NCBI RefSeq assembly: GCF_048593235.1
Contig: NC_133622.1
Span: 238,483,198-238,547,197 of the forward strand
Source of the DNA: Sminthopsis crassicaudata
Taxonomy: Eukaryota
DNA length: 64,000 nucleotides
Direction of reading: 5' to 3'
Shown here: positions 22,906-36,700 of the stretch, piece by piece
Position numbering within the stretch: the stretch's first letter is position 1
How the letters are laid out: every line of letters starts with the position of its first letter
Notes under the pieces: generated by a model
The model's database searches: none
What the model saw: the letters and a program-made list of their open reading frames with translations, nothing else
What the model was told of the DNA's origin: nothing
Made by a program: the position numbers and the translations under genes

Positions 22906-24471
22906 CAAGTTGGATACAAATGAAATGATTGTACAATAATATCTTCCAAGGTAGCTGTGAAGACAGAAATATTTGCAAAGTTCTTTGAAAACTTAAAAAA
23001 AAAATCAATAAATGGATGTCATCCTCTTCTTACTCCTTTATTTATTATTATTCATAGTAGTAGGGGTAGTAGTAATAACAGTAGGTAGCAATAATTTTAC
23101 TACTACTAATATTGCTGTACTATCAATTTACTTTATTCTAGGTCCCATGAAAAGCATTAATTAGGTTACATTAAATGCTGCTTGGGGCAAAATTTAGGTA
23201 GTGCTGACTGCACTTACATTTTTACATCTGTGTAGAATCTGCTTATCAACTAATTAGCATAGCAATTAAAGACGTAGCTACCAGACTGACAAATTCTTTT
23301 ACCTCTTAACCTGAGCCAGTAGAACACCTTGTAAGAGGCCACCCCATCCCTTACAACTTAATCCATTTTCCTATAACACGTATGCAGAATGTAGCCTTTT
23401 CTGAAATTATTTCATTACATCCTGGAGTCTCTCACAGTACAGGTCCTCTCCAAGCTCTTCTCTCCATCTGACCTTCACAGTACTTTATTTATAATACTCC
23501 TATGGCTGGGGACTCTCCCCTCCTCCCCCTTCCACTTTTCAGTTCCCTTTTAAGTATTACCTTCCCTTACTGGAATGTAAGATCCTCAATGATAGGGACT
23601 GTATTTTTTCCCCTTCATTTATGGTCAGAGAACAGTATTTGGAACAAATGAAATGCTTACCACATGTTTTGTGACTTTTAGGCTGATTGGTTTCTGGTAT
23701 TCGTAGATCTTTTCAGGTTTAACCTTGTTATTCCCCAATAAAAGTGCAATCCCTGAAATGCATTTGATACCTAATAAATACTCACTGAATTAGGGTTTGA
23801 TTTGTTTCCCTACTTTAGCATACTTCACAAATGATGAGAAAGCTTCTTCTTAAACAATAAAAGAATAGAGAGGCTCATCCCATTTGAATCATCCTGATGA
23901 GGTGAAGTCTAGTTTTGGGGGTTCTTTTTCAGGGAACTAAAAATATGATGATTTTTCCCTCCCCAGGGAAAGAAATGGTGAGGATTGCATCTAGATTGAA
24001 GCATGCTTAAAACAAAACAAAAAAACAAAACAAAACAAAACAAAACTTTTTTCCTTGAAGTTTTGGTTGGTTTGTTGCTGTTTTCTCTGTTTTTTTTTTT
24101 TTTTTTCTTTTCTCCATAATATAACTAATAGGAAACTATTTTGCATGATTATATATGCAAAATCTATTTAAATTTATTTGCCTTCTCAAGGGGGAGCTTT
24201 TGGAACTCAAAGTTAAAAATGAATATAAAAATTACTTTTTTACATGTAGAAAAAATGAAATACTTATTACCCCCCCTCCCAAAGACCCAAAGTATTTACT
24301 CCACAGGAAACTTAAATCTTGTACTCTCATGAAAAGATAAGAATAATGGGGAAAGAAGTTTTTATTTTTATTCAGATAAACTATGATTGAATCCTTTATT
24401 TGTTGTAACTAACTGTTGTTACTAACTTTTTTGGAATATTTTACTCAGTTCTCATGACATCCTCTATGATC

Positions 24472-24663
24472 CAGGGGTTCTCAAACTATGGCCCTCGGGC
24501 CAGATGCTGCCCACTGAGGACATTTATGTGGCCCGCCTGGTTATGGTAAATGGGCTGAGAGGCAGAGACAGAGTGTGAGCTTTTGTTTTTACTATAGTCC
24601 GGCCCTCCAACAGCTTGAGGGATAGTGAACTGGCCCCCTATTTAAAAAGTTTGAGGACCACTA
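24472..24663 (-). mobile_element. Non-autonomous hAT DNA transposon (MITE), OC1/OposCharlie1-like
   Basis: Imperfect 16-bp TIRs CAGGGGTTCTCAAACT / AGTTTGAGGACCACTA; the minus strand reads GTCCTCAAACTTTTTAAATAGGGGGCCAGTTCACTATCCCTC...GGAGGGCCGGACTATAGT, matching the OC1 end as I recall it; 8-bp TSD not recognisable. Confidence 0.85.
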
Positions 24664-25079
24664 TCCCATATTTTACCTCTATGTAGGCTTTATATAAATT
24701 AATTATTGTTTCATTACTTTAATTTACAAACTCATGTAAATCCACATCTATGTATTCATCTGTTTAAATATCTCTATCTCTATTTCTTATCTATCATATT
24801 TTGAGGAATAGTATACTTGAGTAGAATATAAGTTCTTTGAAAATAGGAAATTTTGTTTTTATATACACCATGCTAAGACTGTTCCTTTGCACACTATAGG
24901 TACTTGTTAAATGCTGTCATATGAATGAGATGAGTTGCTTGTTTGTGGATGTATCATTATAACAGTTAAAATATAAACTTACTGATGACCAAACTCACCA
25001 TGCTATGTACAAGTGCATGGTGTATAGAAGTTGCTTAAAATTTTTATTACTGGATTTATCTTTTCTAAATTTCTAATTT

Positions 25080-25353
25080 NNNNNNNNNNNNNNNNNNNNN
25101 NNNNNNNNNNNNNNNNNNNNNNNNNNNNNNNNNNNNNNNNNNNNNNNNNNNNNNNNNNNNNNNNNNNNNNNNNNNNNNNNNNNNNNNNNNNNNNNNNNNN
25201 NNNNNNNNNNNNNNNNNNNNNNNNNNNNNNNNNNNNNNNNNNNNNNNNNNNNNNNNNNNNNNNNNNNNNNNNNNNNNNNNNNNNNNNNNNNNNNNNNNNN
25301 NNNNNNNNNNNNNNNNNNNNNNNNNNNNNNNNNNNNNNNNNNNNNNNNNNNNN
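25080..25353. other. Assembly gap (N run)
   Basis: Run of N. Confidence 1.
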
Positions 25354-25499
25354 GTAGATACTGTCCCTTCTTGCTTTGGATCACATTCAAATTAAATATA
25401 TGTGACATGCATAAGAAAAATTCCAGAGAGGCTGTCCCAAACCTGATAAGAATTTCCTTCTAAGTGTTTTCATATTTTGAGAAGAGCAAATCAATATTA

Positions 25500-25850
25500 G
25501 TGTGCTTGATATTTGAATGCCCTATACCTTTTTTGTCATTCATTTTTTGAGTGATATTTTTTATGACGCTTATTTGATGCACAACATCTTTTGGTCATTT
25601 CCTACCAGCCATTCAAAATCTCTTTATTAAACATTTTCCAATTTCCTTTGAGTCATATGCAACTTTAAGTCTTCTATAATCATAATAATGCACTATTTTA
25701 TTGCTGAATATGATCACCAGCAGCAAATTTAATTTATAGATTGGGCTTTGGCCCATGATATTTTTGGGGGCCAATTTTTACATGATATCCAATTCCAATT
25801 CCATCATTTCCTTATGGTACTGTTCCAAGATATCCATAGTGGCGAAACCT
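25500..25850 (-). mobile_element. Degenerate RTE-clade LINE, 3' ORF fragment
   Basis: Minus strand GGATATCTTGGAACAG and GAAGACTTAAAGTTGCATATGACTCAAAGG (EDLKLHMTQR) resemble the RTE YLG...E-KL-VTQRAMER region. Confidence 0.5.
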
Positions 25851-28479
25851 AAAGCTATAAATTAAGCAGTGTTTCTATAAAGATTCAGCCCTTATAATTC
25901 TATATCCTATAGACAATTCATCTGATGAGTTACCAGTTACTTCAAAATGACTTCCTTACAGAAATTATTTTAAAATTTCTGTAGGTATACTTCCCCTCAA
26001 TTTAAACTTGATTCCCTAGAGATCCAGAAAAGATAATTCTTACTAAAATCACATAGATTCTAGGGACCCAATGTATTCAGATATTAACACTTACTCATTT
26101 TTTAATTAATTCAATACATTAAGATTTCATTGTAAGATTTAACATTGCTTCTCAAATTTGTATATCATGTTTTCACAAGGGCCATACTAATTTTCTCTAT
26201 GTCATTCCAATTTTAGTACATATGTTGCCCAAGTGAGCACTTAAAATTGTTGATAGGATAAAATGAGATGACTTCAAATAGGTCCTCAGATACTTAGCTG
26301 TGTAAATTCACTTAACCTCGGTTTGCCTTGGTTTCTTTACTTATAAAATAGGATATTAACTGGTCCCCTCACCCCACCATAAACTGTGAGAATCACATTA
26401 AAGGATATTTGTAAAGCACCTTCCACAATGCCTAAAAAGGTAATACATATTATTTTAGTATTGTTATTATAAATATTGATTATGATATTTAAACAGAAGC
26501 AACTACTATAGTTGAATCATCTGGTCCCTAGTAGTTTTGGATGATATTGTGTTGGAGATGTTCCACTGACACAGAACATCCTTGATGCCCTTGCAGAATC
26601 TAATCCTCGCTAATAGGTTTATTTGAAATCAAGGAACTCAATCCTCAAAGATCATTATAAGCTTTTTCCCCTCATTTTGTTAAGAACACTTGATCCTCAA
26701 AGCATGAGTTGACTAAAGAAAAATTAAGCAGGATAGAAACAGCAAAGTTGGGTTTTGTTGCTAAATTCTCCAACTCCAAATCTATAAGAGTTTTCATTAT
26801 ATTACTGCAAAGGTGAGAAATCTTTAAGGATTGTTTTTTGGGTGTTATGAATACATTAACAAAATGGAATTTTTTTGGAATGGAATCCAGATGGACTTCA
26901 GTGTTTGTGGACCGTTGGTCACAAATAGATTTTACAGCAGGGATCAGATTCTGTTGGGAAAGCAAAAAATCTTCTCTGCCTTTGGGATGTCTTTATTGTT
27001 ATAGTCTCTAAAATGATTAGAAATTGCTTGGGTGACATTACAATTATTAATTCATTGTGCCTTACAATTTATTCAACTGTCTGCTTTTGTGATATAACCA
27101 TCAATTATTGGAAATTATGAATTTTTTTTCTCTTATCACTACCAACTTTATTTGCCTAAGCAGATGTTCTTCCACTTCAAATTGAAAAAGTGAACCCTGA
27201 TGATGATGATGATGATTAAGTCGCCAATCACTGGAGACATATCCTCAATGGGACATTATTGTAATAATGAAATAGTATTTAATGCTGTTGTTATCCTGAA
27301 GGTAATTATTGGATGTCCTTAATATTCTACTTTCATCACAAGATGAACATTGTTTTAACTGTTTGTCTTCCTGTAAAGAGATTCTTTATGAAGGTAAACT
27401 ATTTTATTACAAACTTCATTGGGCAGTGTCTAAATTATTTCTGAAAGTCTTGAGGTTTTCCCCATCCTATTCCAAGTGTCCAATGATATTTCAAATCGTT
27501 CTGCAAAACATGAAGTGGGCTTTTACATCAGGTATTTGGATTTCTATAGCAACCACTTCAATTCTCATTCTTCATCTGGAGCAGTGCCAGTTTTATCCAG
27601 CTCTGCAAAAGGTAAGCTTGTCAGGAGAGCAAGAAAGAAAAGCCAACTTCCATTTGAACCTCCTTTCAGGTAAGGAACTGAAGATCTGAGAAATCAAATA
27701 AGTTATCCAAAGTGGGAATAATAGGAAGTAAAATAGGTGAGATTCTGACTTTAAATCCTGAGTAAAATATAATGGTCAATTTTATTCAGAGAGAGTAACT
27801 ATGAGCTCAAGAGAGAAACTGTTGCACACTTTCTGGAAGGTTATGTTCACAGAAATATGAAAAAAATGGCATTTGTTTATCTAACAAAAGATTAATTTCT
27901 ACTTGAGCATATAGTTCAGGAGAACTCAATGCTGACCCTTGGGGTACAGAGAACTTGATAACAAAGGCCCCAGATGATCATGAAATTGATTGATTCCCTA
28001 AATTCAGTGACACAATATTACCTTCTTTGGATCCTTATGTTGGTAGTTATAGGAGCTCCCCTCCCTCAATTTAAAAATAATATTTAACAAAGGACCATCA
28101 TTAAACACAAAGGAACTGCTAAGGGGTTGTCTTGAAAAGCCACATGTGTTGTGTCTTTTAATGCCTAATTGAAAATGCCATTTCTTTTTAAATGACATTT
28201 TATAGTATCATCAATTTTGTCATGGAAATGTATTTGAAGAACATCTATCATATGCTCATATATTACAGATGAGGATGCTAATGTCTAAAGTGTCTAAGGG
28301 AATTTCTTCAAATCCATAGATTATTTATTAGTTTGAAGACTTGGAACAAGACTTGTGATTCCAAATTCAGAATGAATTTTAATCTATCACATTATCTATA
28401 CAATCAGATCAGAGACTGTCGGAGATGGAATGCAAGTCAGATATTCTGTAGCTGAACTTCATGAAATGAAGGGGAAAAA

Positions 28480-28769
28480 ATTATTTTCTATTTCTCCATG
28501 ATTATTACATCTGCAGGAGAGAGCTAGTTTGAGGATATAGTTTATCTAAATTTTAACAAAATTTCTGATACATTTTCTCATTTAATTCTTGTGGAGAAGA
28601 TAGATGATAATACAATTAGATGGATTGATAATTGGTTGGGTGTTGGCGACAAAGACATGTTAATTATTCTATGTCAGCATGGGAGTAGAAACCCAGTGGA
28701 ATTCTCCAGGGACCTGTGTTTGGACTTGTGCTGCTTAGCACTATTATTATGATTCAGGTAAATTATACA

Positions 28770-28852
<83 letters not shown>

Positions 28853-29350
28853 TTTCAGATTAAACAGAGTATAGATGAATGGTAAGGATGGTTAGAGGAT
28901 TATAGAGTTAGGGCTCAAAATTATTTAGACAGCCTAGAACATAGAGTTAAACTTAGGAAGATCAAATTCAATAGGATAGTAGTCTTGCCTTTGGGTGATT
29001 TTAATTAAAATCAGCATATAACCCATCATTACTGCTCAGTTGTTAAATCTTAATTCTTCTAACTCTACATAGTAGCTTGTATCTGACCTTTCTCTGAGTG
29101 GATTATAGAGCACATGGATTGGAAAAAATTTGCAACCCTCTTGGATAGGCAAGTTGGGGACAGATTTTCAAATGCTTTAAATACTTTTTTAAAAATGATT
29201 TTGTGTTGTATCTTTGGAGCTAGAGGTATTTGAGTTTCTGGAACTCACTGGGAGTGCTAGAGTAGGGACATTTCATCAAGTGTCACTGTCACCTGTAGGA
29301 ATATCAATTTGCCACATAAGTAAAGGAAAATTGATTGTAGAGAGGAGAAA
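28480..29350 (+). mobile_element. CR1/L3 LINE RT fragment, interrupted by (TA)n
   Basis: Degenerate VYLNFNKISD, RWIDNWL, SGILQGPVFGLV and LDSLE...KIKFNRD motifs typical of CR1 RT. Confidence 0.8.
28772..28846. repeat. (TA)n microsatellite, ~75 bp
   Basis: Pure AT dinucleotide run. Confidence 0.98.
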
Positions 29351-29593
29351 TTGATGGTTATTGTTCAGTCACGTCTAACTCTACATGATCTGTTAGGATT
29401 TTTGGGGGCAAAGATACTGGAGTGGTTTTCCATTTCCTTTTTAGCTCATTTTACAGATGAGAAAACTGAGCCAAGTAGGGTGGAGTGACTTGCCTAGGGT
29501 AATACAACTAGGAAGTGTCCAAGGCCACATTTAAACTCAGGAAGATGAGACTTCAAGTCCAGTACATTATTCACTGAGCCACTTAGCTATCCC
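29350..29593 (-). mobile_element. MAR1-type core-SINE
   Basis: GCAAAGATACTGGAGTGGTTTTCCATTTCC tail, CATTTTACAGATGAGAAAACTGAG core, ...CACTGAGCCACTTAGCTATCCC head, all antisense. Confidence 0.85.
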
Positions 29594-30899
29594 TAGAACA
29601 ATTAAGAGGGCATGTCAATAAAGCTGCTAAAAGATGATTAAGGGGAAACTATTTCAGTGGATTTTGAGTAAAAAGAAAGGTTAGATACAAGATACTGTAT
29701 AGGGTTAGAAGAAATAAGATTATAAAATTGCTCAATAATGGGCTATTGACTGAACAATTACTTAAGGCTGTAAACCTTAGATGGAAGGAGATAAAACCGA
29801 GTAATGAAGAGGGACATATGAGTTCTTTTTCTATGAATTGATTCTGATATGTCTAGATGACAATTTGCTCCAAATATCCAGCTGTGGATTTCAAAGAGAT
29901 AGACCAAGGTGTTTGTGTATAGATTTACCTATATCTATATTACATATGATAGATATTATATATACACACACACATATGAACACATATACACATGTGTATA
30001 TACATATATATATACACATATATGTGTGTATATGTCTGATATTAATTTTGAATTGTAGCCTACATAGAGATGATAATTAACTTGTAGAATCTGATATTAT
30101 TATTGCAAATGAGTTTAAATGAAAAAAAAAAAAAGGAAAACTATGACAAGAGACTCTTCACTGACATCAATAATTAGAGGGAAGGATGTTAATTATTTTA
30201 CAATAAAGGAAAGTCAGGGGTGCCTGGACAACTATGAGTAGAATCAGGAAAATACAATTACCAAAACCCAAGAGAGTAAAGGATAAATATCACAGATAGT
30301 TGTGTATGAGTTACATATTAATTTAAATCCCATAAGATATAAACTAAGAATTATGAAAACTGGGAAAAAAAAACAAAGAAAAGATCACTTATTAAAAGAT
30401 CTTTTGTTATTCAGAGATTGTGGATTCATATAACTGATCAGCTCAGAATTCATGTTACTAAAAATTGTGAAGTGAGAAAAAAAATTTAGACAGTAATGGT
30501 GATAGTTTTGCACAGAAGGTAGACTGATTGAAGGAAGAAGAAATAAAAACTACTAAATTGATGGCCATGAGGGAATCAAATTATGGCATTTTAAAAAAAT
30601 AAGCAAGATTTTGAAAGGGCGGTAGGGAGTAGGGAGGTAACCAATAATTAGGAACACACTGAAAATTAAAGGAAAAAGATAATTACTACTTCAAGCTTCT
30701 GTAAGATATAGGAAAGCCTGAGATCCATCCACAGGTTTTTGATGAGTAAAAGATCCAAGTCTTCCTAGAAATGAAATGAATGGAAATAATAGGATAGGAA
30801 AAAAAGAATAACATTGAATAGATTTCTTTTTTAATTTTCTCAATATAATGAACTCATCTTCTGAGGAGGTGGGGGGAGAGTTAGTGCTAGAGTTTTGTG

Positions 30900-31080
30900 A
30901 CAGCTTAGATGGTATACTGGGACTTCAGATTTCAAAAATCTGATCTTGATTCCTGACTAAGATATGTATCAGCTGTGTAACCCTGAACCAATTGTTTAAG
31001 TACCTTTAACCTCAGTTTCCTCATCTTTAAAGTGGGGATACTTATGAGAATCAAATGAAGTAATATTTGAAGTATATTAC
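30900..31080 (+). mobile_element. MIR-type SINE
   Basis: AGCTGTGTAACCCTG...CCTCAGTTTCCTCATCTTTAAAGTGGGGATA...GAGAATCAAATGA. Confidence 0.75.
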
Positions 31081-31444
31081 ACCCACTATTTCACTACTTA
31101 CATTTTATCTATTATATTTAAGAAGAGGAGAAATACATCAGAACATTTCTATATGGGAAGTAGTATAAAATCAGAAAAGCATACATACAATGACTTTCAA
31201 CAGTCAGAACTCAAATATGTTAAATAACACATATGTAGGGGACTTACTGACTTCTTCTGGCCTTTTAAAATAATATATGTATAAGACATGAGAAGGTAGG
31301 TGGATGGAGTTAGCCAGGACCTAGATATCAATTGAACTAGAGCACAAACTACTCCATAGAGAATTGTAGAAAAGATTAACTAAAGGGTTGGAATTAGAAG
31401 TGAAGAAAATAAAATTATCATATGAGGAAATAAATAAAAAGAAC

Positions 31445-31520
31445 AAGGGAGGGAAGAAAGAAAGGAGGAAAGAAGGAAAGAAGGAAGGAAATAAGGAAGG
31501 AAGGAAGGAAGGAAGGAAGA
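31445..31520. repeat. (GGAA)n simple repeat
   Basis: aaggaaggaagg... run. Confidence 0.9.
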
Positions 31521-32696
31521 TGAGGTAGAGAAGGGGATGTAATGAAATGATCATTGAGCCTCTTTTAATTGTGGTTAAATGACTCATATGTGATTAAGGG
31601 TTAACAGTCTTTTGGAGAACAATTCCTTATGGTGTCTCTTCCATGGCCATTGCTCTTTCACCCTTTATTTAAATAATAACAATATCTAGCTTCACATCAA
31701 GCATTTTCCTTTCTTACTAAGTAACTTTTCTTGAGAAGACCTTCTTCCACTATTCAACTGACTAAAATGAAACTAGGATTCCTGTGTTTCTGTCTCTCAC
31801 ACTTACCAGCTGGGTAAGCAAAAGTAAGCTTTCTCATCTGTAAAAATAGTAATGATGTCAGTGCTATTTATCCTGTAAAAGTATTTTGAGGTTCAAATTA
31901 GGCATTGTTGTTAACACTTTTGTTAACTTTAAATTATCAGTTATTATTATTATGACTCATATTCATTAAACTTTTTTTTTTCTTTTTAACCAGCCTATGA
32001 TTTAACTGGATTCAAGAATTTCCCAACAAGGAAACTTCTACTATCCATGCAGTTAATCAAATGTTTTGCAGTTTCTGGATGTAAAGAGATATGTAGGTAA
32101 TTATAGGCTAAATGATTTACCCACTGACATATAGCCAGAAGCAGGACATGAAAGGTTTCCCAATTCCAAGATTATTGTTCCATTTTTTTTTTTTATCTCA
32201 AGCTTTACACCCTTCCTTCCCAATTGGAGTAAGAGCTACTAACTCATTAATCTTATTGATATTTATTCTTAAATGGCAAATATGTCATTGCGACAAAAGT
32301 ATATAAGTTAAAACTAGATGTTATATTAATTGACTGGATTATAATAATTTTTAAACATGATATTAACTCATCTCTCCCTTCCTCGGGTTGCAGACAAGTT
32401 AATTACGTGAAAGAAATTTACTGTCATCAGTTTTGTATAAGATGAAAGGGACATGAATAACCTTTCTTAGCATTGAGGATGTATTGTATTCCTTCATTGA
32501 CAATGTAAAAAATTCATCACTAACAGAATAAGCAGTATCTTGGAGAAGACTAATGATTGACCCAACTTTGAATTAAATTAACTGGCTTGTTTGAGTAAGG
32601 TATAGGCAAGGTCTCATTAGAGGAAGAAATGAAGAGAAAATGAAAGAACCAATAAGACTATGTTATAATCAGGAAGTTGGCAGAGGATTGACCAAA

Positions 32697-33626
32697 ATGG
32701 AGAATAAGAACAATGTAACTGAATTCATTCTCCTAGGCCTTACACAAAGTCCAGAGCTTCGAATGATATTCTTTGTCATTTTTTTAATCATATACATTGC
32801 CACAATTATAGGAAATATACTCATTGTCATAACCATGACGGTCAGCCAAACTTTGAAATCACCCATGTACTTTTTTCTAACTTTTTTATCCATCATGGAT
32901 GCTACCTACTCTTCAGTCATTGGTCCAAAAATGGTTGTGGATTTACTCTATAAGAAGACAACCATCTCTCTGAAAGGCTGTCTGACCCAGCTGTTTGCAG
33001 AACACTTTTTTGGTGGTGTTGGAATCATCCTCCTTGTGGTCATGGCTTATGATCGCTATGTGGCCATCTGTAAACCCCTGCACTACATGACCATCATGAA
33101 TCCTCGTGTGTGCCAGCTGTTGGTGGCAGCAGCCTGGATGGGGGGCTCTGTACATGCTACCATTCAATTAATCTTCATGGCTCATCTTCCATTCTGTGGC
33201 CCTAATGTAATCGATCATTTCATGTGTGATTTGTTCCCATTGCTGAAATTGGCCTGCATGGACACCCGAGTTCTTGGCCTTTTAGTCATTGCTAACAGTG
33301 GAGTAATGTGCCTGTCCATCTTTCTCATTCTAATGGTCTCCTATATTGTTATCCTCTCTTCCCTGAAGGGTGGTAGTTCAGAAGGAAGGCGAAAGGCCCT
33401 TTCCACGTGTAGCTCTCACTTCACAGTGGTGGTCTTGTTTTTTGCTCCCTGTATATTCTTGTATGTGAGACCAGTAGCCACTTTTCCGATAGACAAAGCT
33501 GTAGCTGTATGTTTTACTATGATTACTCCTATGTTAAACCCTTTGATTTATACCCTGAGGAATACAGAAGTTAAAAATGCCATGAGGAAACTTTGGATTA
33601 CAAAAGTGACTTTGCTTTTTAAATAA
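32697..33626 (+). CDS. OR4C6-like: Intact olfactory receptor, OR4C6-like, 309 aa (ORF also open 19 codons further upstream, to 32640)
   Basis: [15 protein letters not shown] start; [25 protein letters not shown] matches the human OR4C6 signature as I recall it; [24 protein letters not shown] and PMLNPLIY intact. Confidence 0.96.
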   Translation: MENKNNVTEFILLGLTQSPELRMIFFVIFLIIYIATIIGNILIVITMTVSQTLKSPMYFFLTFLSIMDATYSSVIGPKMVVDLLYKKTTISLKGCLTQLFAEHFFGGVGIILLVVMAYDRYVAICKPLHYMTIMNPRVCQLLVAAAWMGGSVHATIQLIFMAHLPFCGPNVIDHFMCDLFPLLKLACMDTRVLGLLVIANSGVMCLSIFLILMVSYIVILSSLKGGSSEGRRKALSTCSSHFTVVVLFFAPCIFLYVRPVATFPIDKAVAVCFTMITPMLNPLIYTLRNTEVKNAMRKLWITKVTLLFK

Positions 33627-34243
33627 AATATGCCCAACAATCAAATTATTGAAATGAAGAGGAAAGATGCAAACACTTTAGTTTTCTTGACTCATCAGTG
33701 CTTGTATGCAGTCAGTCACTTGTACAGTTAGTCTTAATGACCTCTGCTCAAATCTAGTTTAAACTTTGGACACCTTCCAGGGCAGCCTGCAAGAGACAGT
33801 GGTAGAATATTCCCTTGCCCAAGCTCACTAATTCCATCTCTCTATGCTATTGTAATAGCAGTACTAATCGCCTATGCTCATGATTACTTATGCTTATCAA
33901 CATTTTTTTTTTTGGCCTTATTTGTTGCCTTGGTTATAGTTTTTGCTCTGTTTATAAAAGTAGCATGTTTGAAATCCACACCAGCTAGATCCAAATGTTT
34001 GCTACAATTATGTGCTAATAAAATATTTTTTACCTTTCTTTTCCTGAGTTTACTTATTGACTTGGGTGAGGCCTGAACCAAAATTTGTTTTAACAACAGG
34101 TTGCACACTGGTTATGATACACTTTTTACTTATCAAAGGTCACAATCCAATTACACTCCCCTTCCTAGTCAAAATTTTCTCATTAAGTATTATATACAGA
34201 TTATAATTATCTGGACTTTTATCTTTTCTTTTGCTACCTAGAT

Positions 34244-34599
34244 NNNNNNNNNNNNNNNNNNNNNNNNNNNNNNNNNNNNNNNNNNNNNNNNNNNNNNNNN
34301 NNNNNNNNNNNNNNNNNNNNNNNNNNNNNNNNNNNNNNNNNNNNNNNNNNNNNNNNNNNNNNNNNNNNNNNNNNNNNNNNNNNNNNNNNNNNNNNNNNNN
34401 NNNNNNNNNNNNNNNNNNNNNNNNNNNNNNNNNNNNNNNNNNNNNNNNNNNNNNNNNNNNNNNNNNNNNNNNNNNNNNNNNNNNNNNNNNNNNNNNNNNN
34501 NNNNNNNNNNNNNNNNNNNNNNNNNNNNNNNNNNNNNNNNNNNNNNNNNNNNNNNNNNNNNNNNNNNNNNNNNNNNNNNNNNNNNNNNNNNNNNNNNNN
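34244..34599. other. Assembly gap (N run)
   Basis: Run of N. Confidence 1.
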
Positions 34600-36589
34600 G
34601 ATAAGTAGGTAGTTAAATGATAGAGATGAGGGAGGGGAGAAAGACTCATTCATAGAGGAAGACAGAGACACAGAGGAGACAAAAACTGACATCATTTGAA
34701 ATATTCTTCACATATAGTCATTCACCTATACAAAATAAAGAAAGATATATGATTGCTATATTTTCCTCTAGGGCTAGACATCATTATTTCCATTATACAC
34801 AATTTAATTTCATTCTGAACCATTCTGGTTTATCTTGTCACAGTAAATTCTTGGAGCTGATTTTTTTTTTTTTTTTATTCTTTATTAATTCAATATGTTC
34901 CCCATTCAATATAATTCCCCATGCTTCTCTGAATTCTTCATATTCATCATTTCTTATGGTACAAAGATACTATAATACAGGAAACAAATATTTATTGTTG
35001 TTGCTTGTCCATAATTCTCTAAGAAGACCAGGACATTGGGGAGTGACACCATATACATCCACATGAATTGGATTTGACGTATCTATTAAATGTCAAACAC
35101 TGAGCTAAGCACAGAAGATAGAAAGAAAGCAAAATCACTTCAATAAATTATCCTTCTAATGGAGTAGACTACAAGCAAATAACTATATACTTAAACATTA
35201 TTTATTATATAAATAGAAGGCAATCTAATTTGAGAGGAGGCCACTACAGAGGTGTGATGTACAATTTGAACTGAATCTTGAAGGATGTCAATGAAGGCAG
35301 GAAGTGGGGAGAGAATATTCTAGGTTTTAGAGCCAGGAAATGAATGACAAGGTACCAAGAAGAAAAAGGGAACAATGTATGTGCAAATCTAAATGATTTT
35401 CCAGAATTTAAAATTCTTCCAATTCCTATGTTTTTCCCTCTCTTGTTATAATCACTCTGCTACTTTCATCTTTTTAAAAATATTTTTTAATTAGCTGAGT
35501 ATCATGTAAAGCCTCAAATTAGATTTATTTGTATTTCATTTATTAGTAACATGGAACTATCTTCCTCAATCAATCAGTCACCATTTATTAAGCACCTACT
35601 ATGTGCTAGGCATTAGTTCTTGCTCTCTTTAAGTCATAACTAGCTTATGACTCTGTTGACGGTCTGTCCCTAAATGAGTATTTCTTTAATTCTCCTTTTC
35701 CATTTTCATTTATATGTTATCTTTTTTTGTACTAGAATGTAAGTTCTTTGAAAATGCTTTTTCTTTTTATTTGCATTGTATTCTAAGTATTTAACACAAT
35801 GCCTGGCCCTAGTAAGCTTTAATGAATGTTCTATATTATCTATCTAAATGATGTTTACCTACTTCTCAAATTTATTTCTAATCTATCATCTACCTCTTCC
35901 ATCTATCACATATCTACTTTTCCATCTAATCTGTCTTTTATCAATCCATTTACTCCTCTCTTATCTCTTCATTCTGTCTGCTTATCTTTCTAGAAATCTA
36001 ATATGCAGTTGTTAATAATTTCTTTTGATCACACCTCCAGGTTAGTGTGTCACAAAATGAATTTAAAGTGATGATTAATACTGGGTCATTTACTTCTCAT
36101 TTGTTTCTTTCATTTCCCTCCCCTATTAAACCTGATTCCCAATTTATAGAGAGGCAGGAGTAACTGTGGTAAATTATTTTATTGTTGTCCTAAGGGAATG
36201 CAGTCAATATTTTCTATCAAAATAAGAATATGGATTTTTCAGGCTAATTTTCCAAAGGATGCTTGTTTTCTCCTAAAACCTACCAAGAACAATAATTAAG
36301 TCAAGGCAAAGTTATCTGGGGATGCACCACATACATTATGTGGAGAAACTAGGAAGCCTAACATTTAATTAGCACAAAAATTCATTAAAGCAGGAAACGA
36401 CCAGATTGCTAGCTTCCTTTACCTTGTAGCCACATCCCAGTAGAGCTTCTCCCCAGCCTAGTCCCATCATAATAGCCTCTTCCTTTCAAGATGCACAAGT
36501 CGTATTCATTTTTTTGTAGAAGTGAGATCAAAGTATCCTGGGGTTCTCTCTATAGGGAATGCTGATAGGCTGATATTCACTAGTCCTTA

Positions 36590-36700
36590 AAAGGGATGCT
36601 ATCATTTTTTGTCTTTGTATCCCTAGAGATAATCATGATGTCTAAAATATACTTGATAATTATTAAAAGTTAGTTAGTTGAATTACTGATTGATTTCTCT
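36590..36700 (+). mobile_element. L2 3' end remnant
   Basis: TTTTTGTCTTTGTATCCC...TAATTATTAAAAG...GTTGAATT...GATTGATT, the L2 tail pattern. Confidence 0.6.

Noticed and set aside
23960-23969. Perfect Ebf site TCCCCAGGGA (another at ~20795)
   Set aside because: Isolated 10-mers in or beside TE-derived sequence with no supporting motif cluster.
26780-26914. Possible very old OR pseudogene: IYKSFHYIT…CGP with spacing within one residue of ICKPLHY…FCGP
   Set aside because: No MAYDRY, no hydrophobic TM4 between the motifs, and no other OR motif nearby; compatible with chance. A profile-HMM or tBLASTn search would settle it.
36620-36635. TCCCTAGAGA directly followed by TAATCA, resembling an Ebf/Lhx2 composite motif
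   Set aside because: It lies inside an L2 3' tail whose consensus (TTTGTATCCCCAG…) already supplies most of the match.
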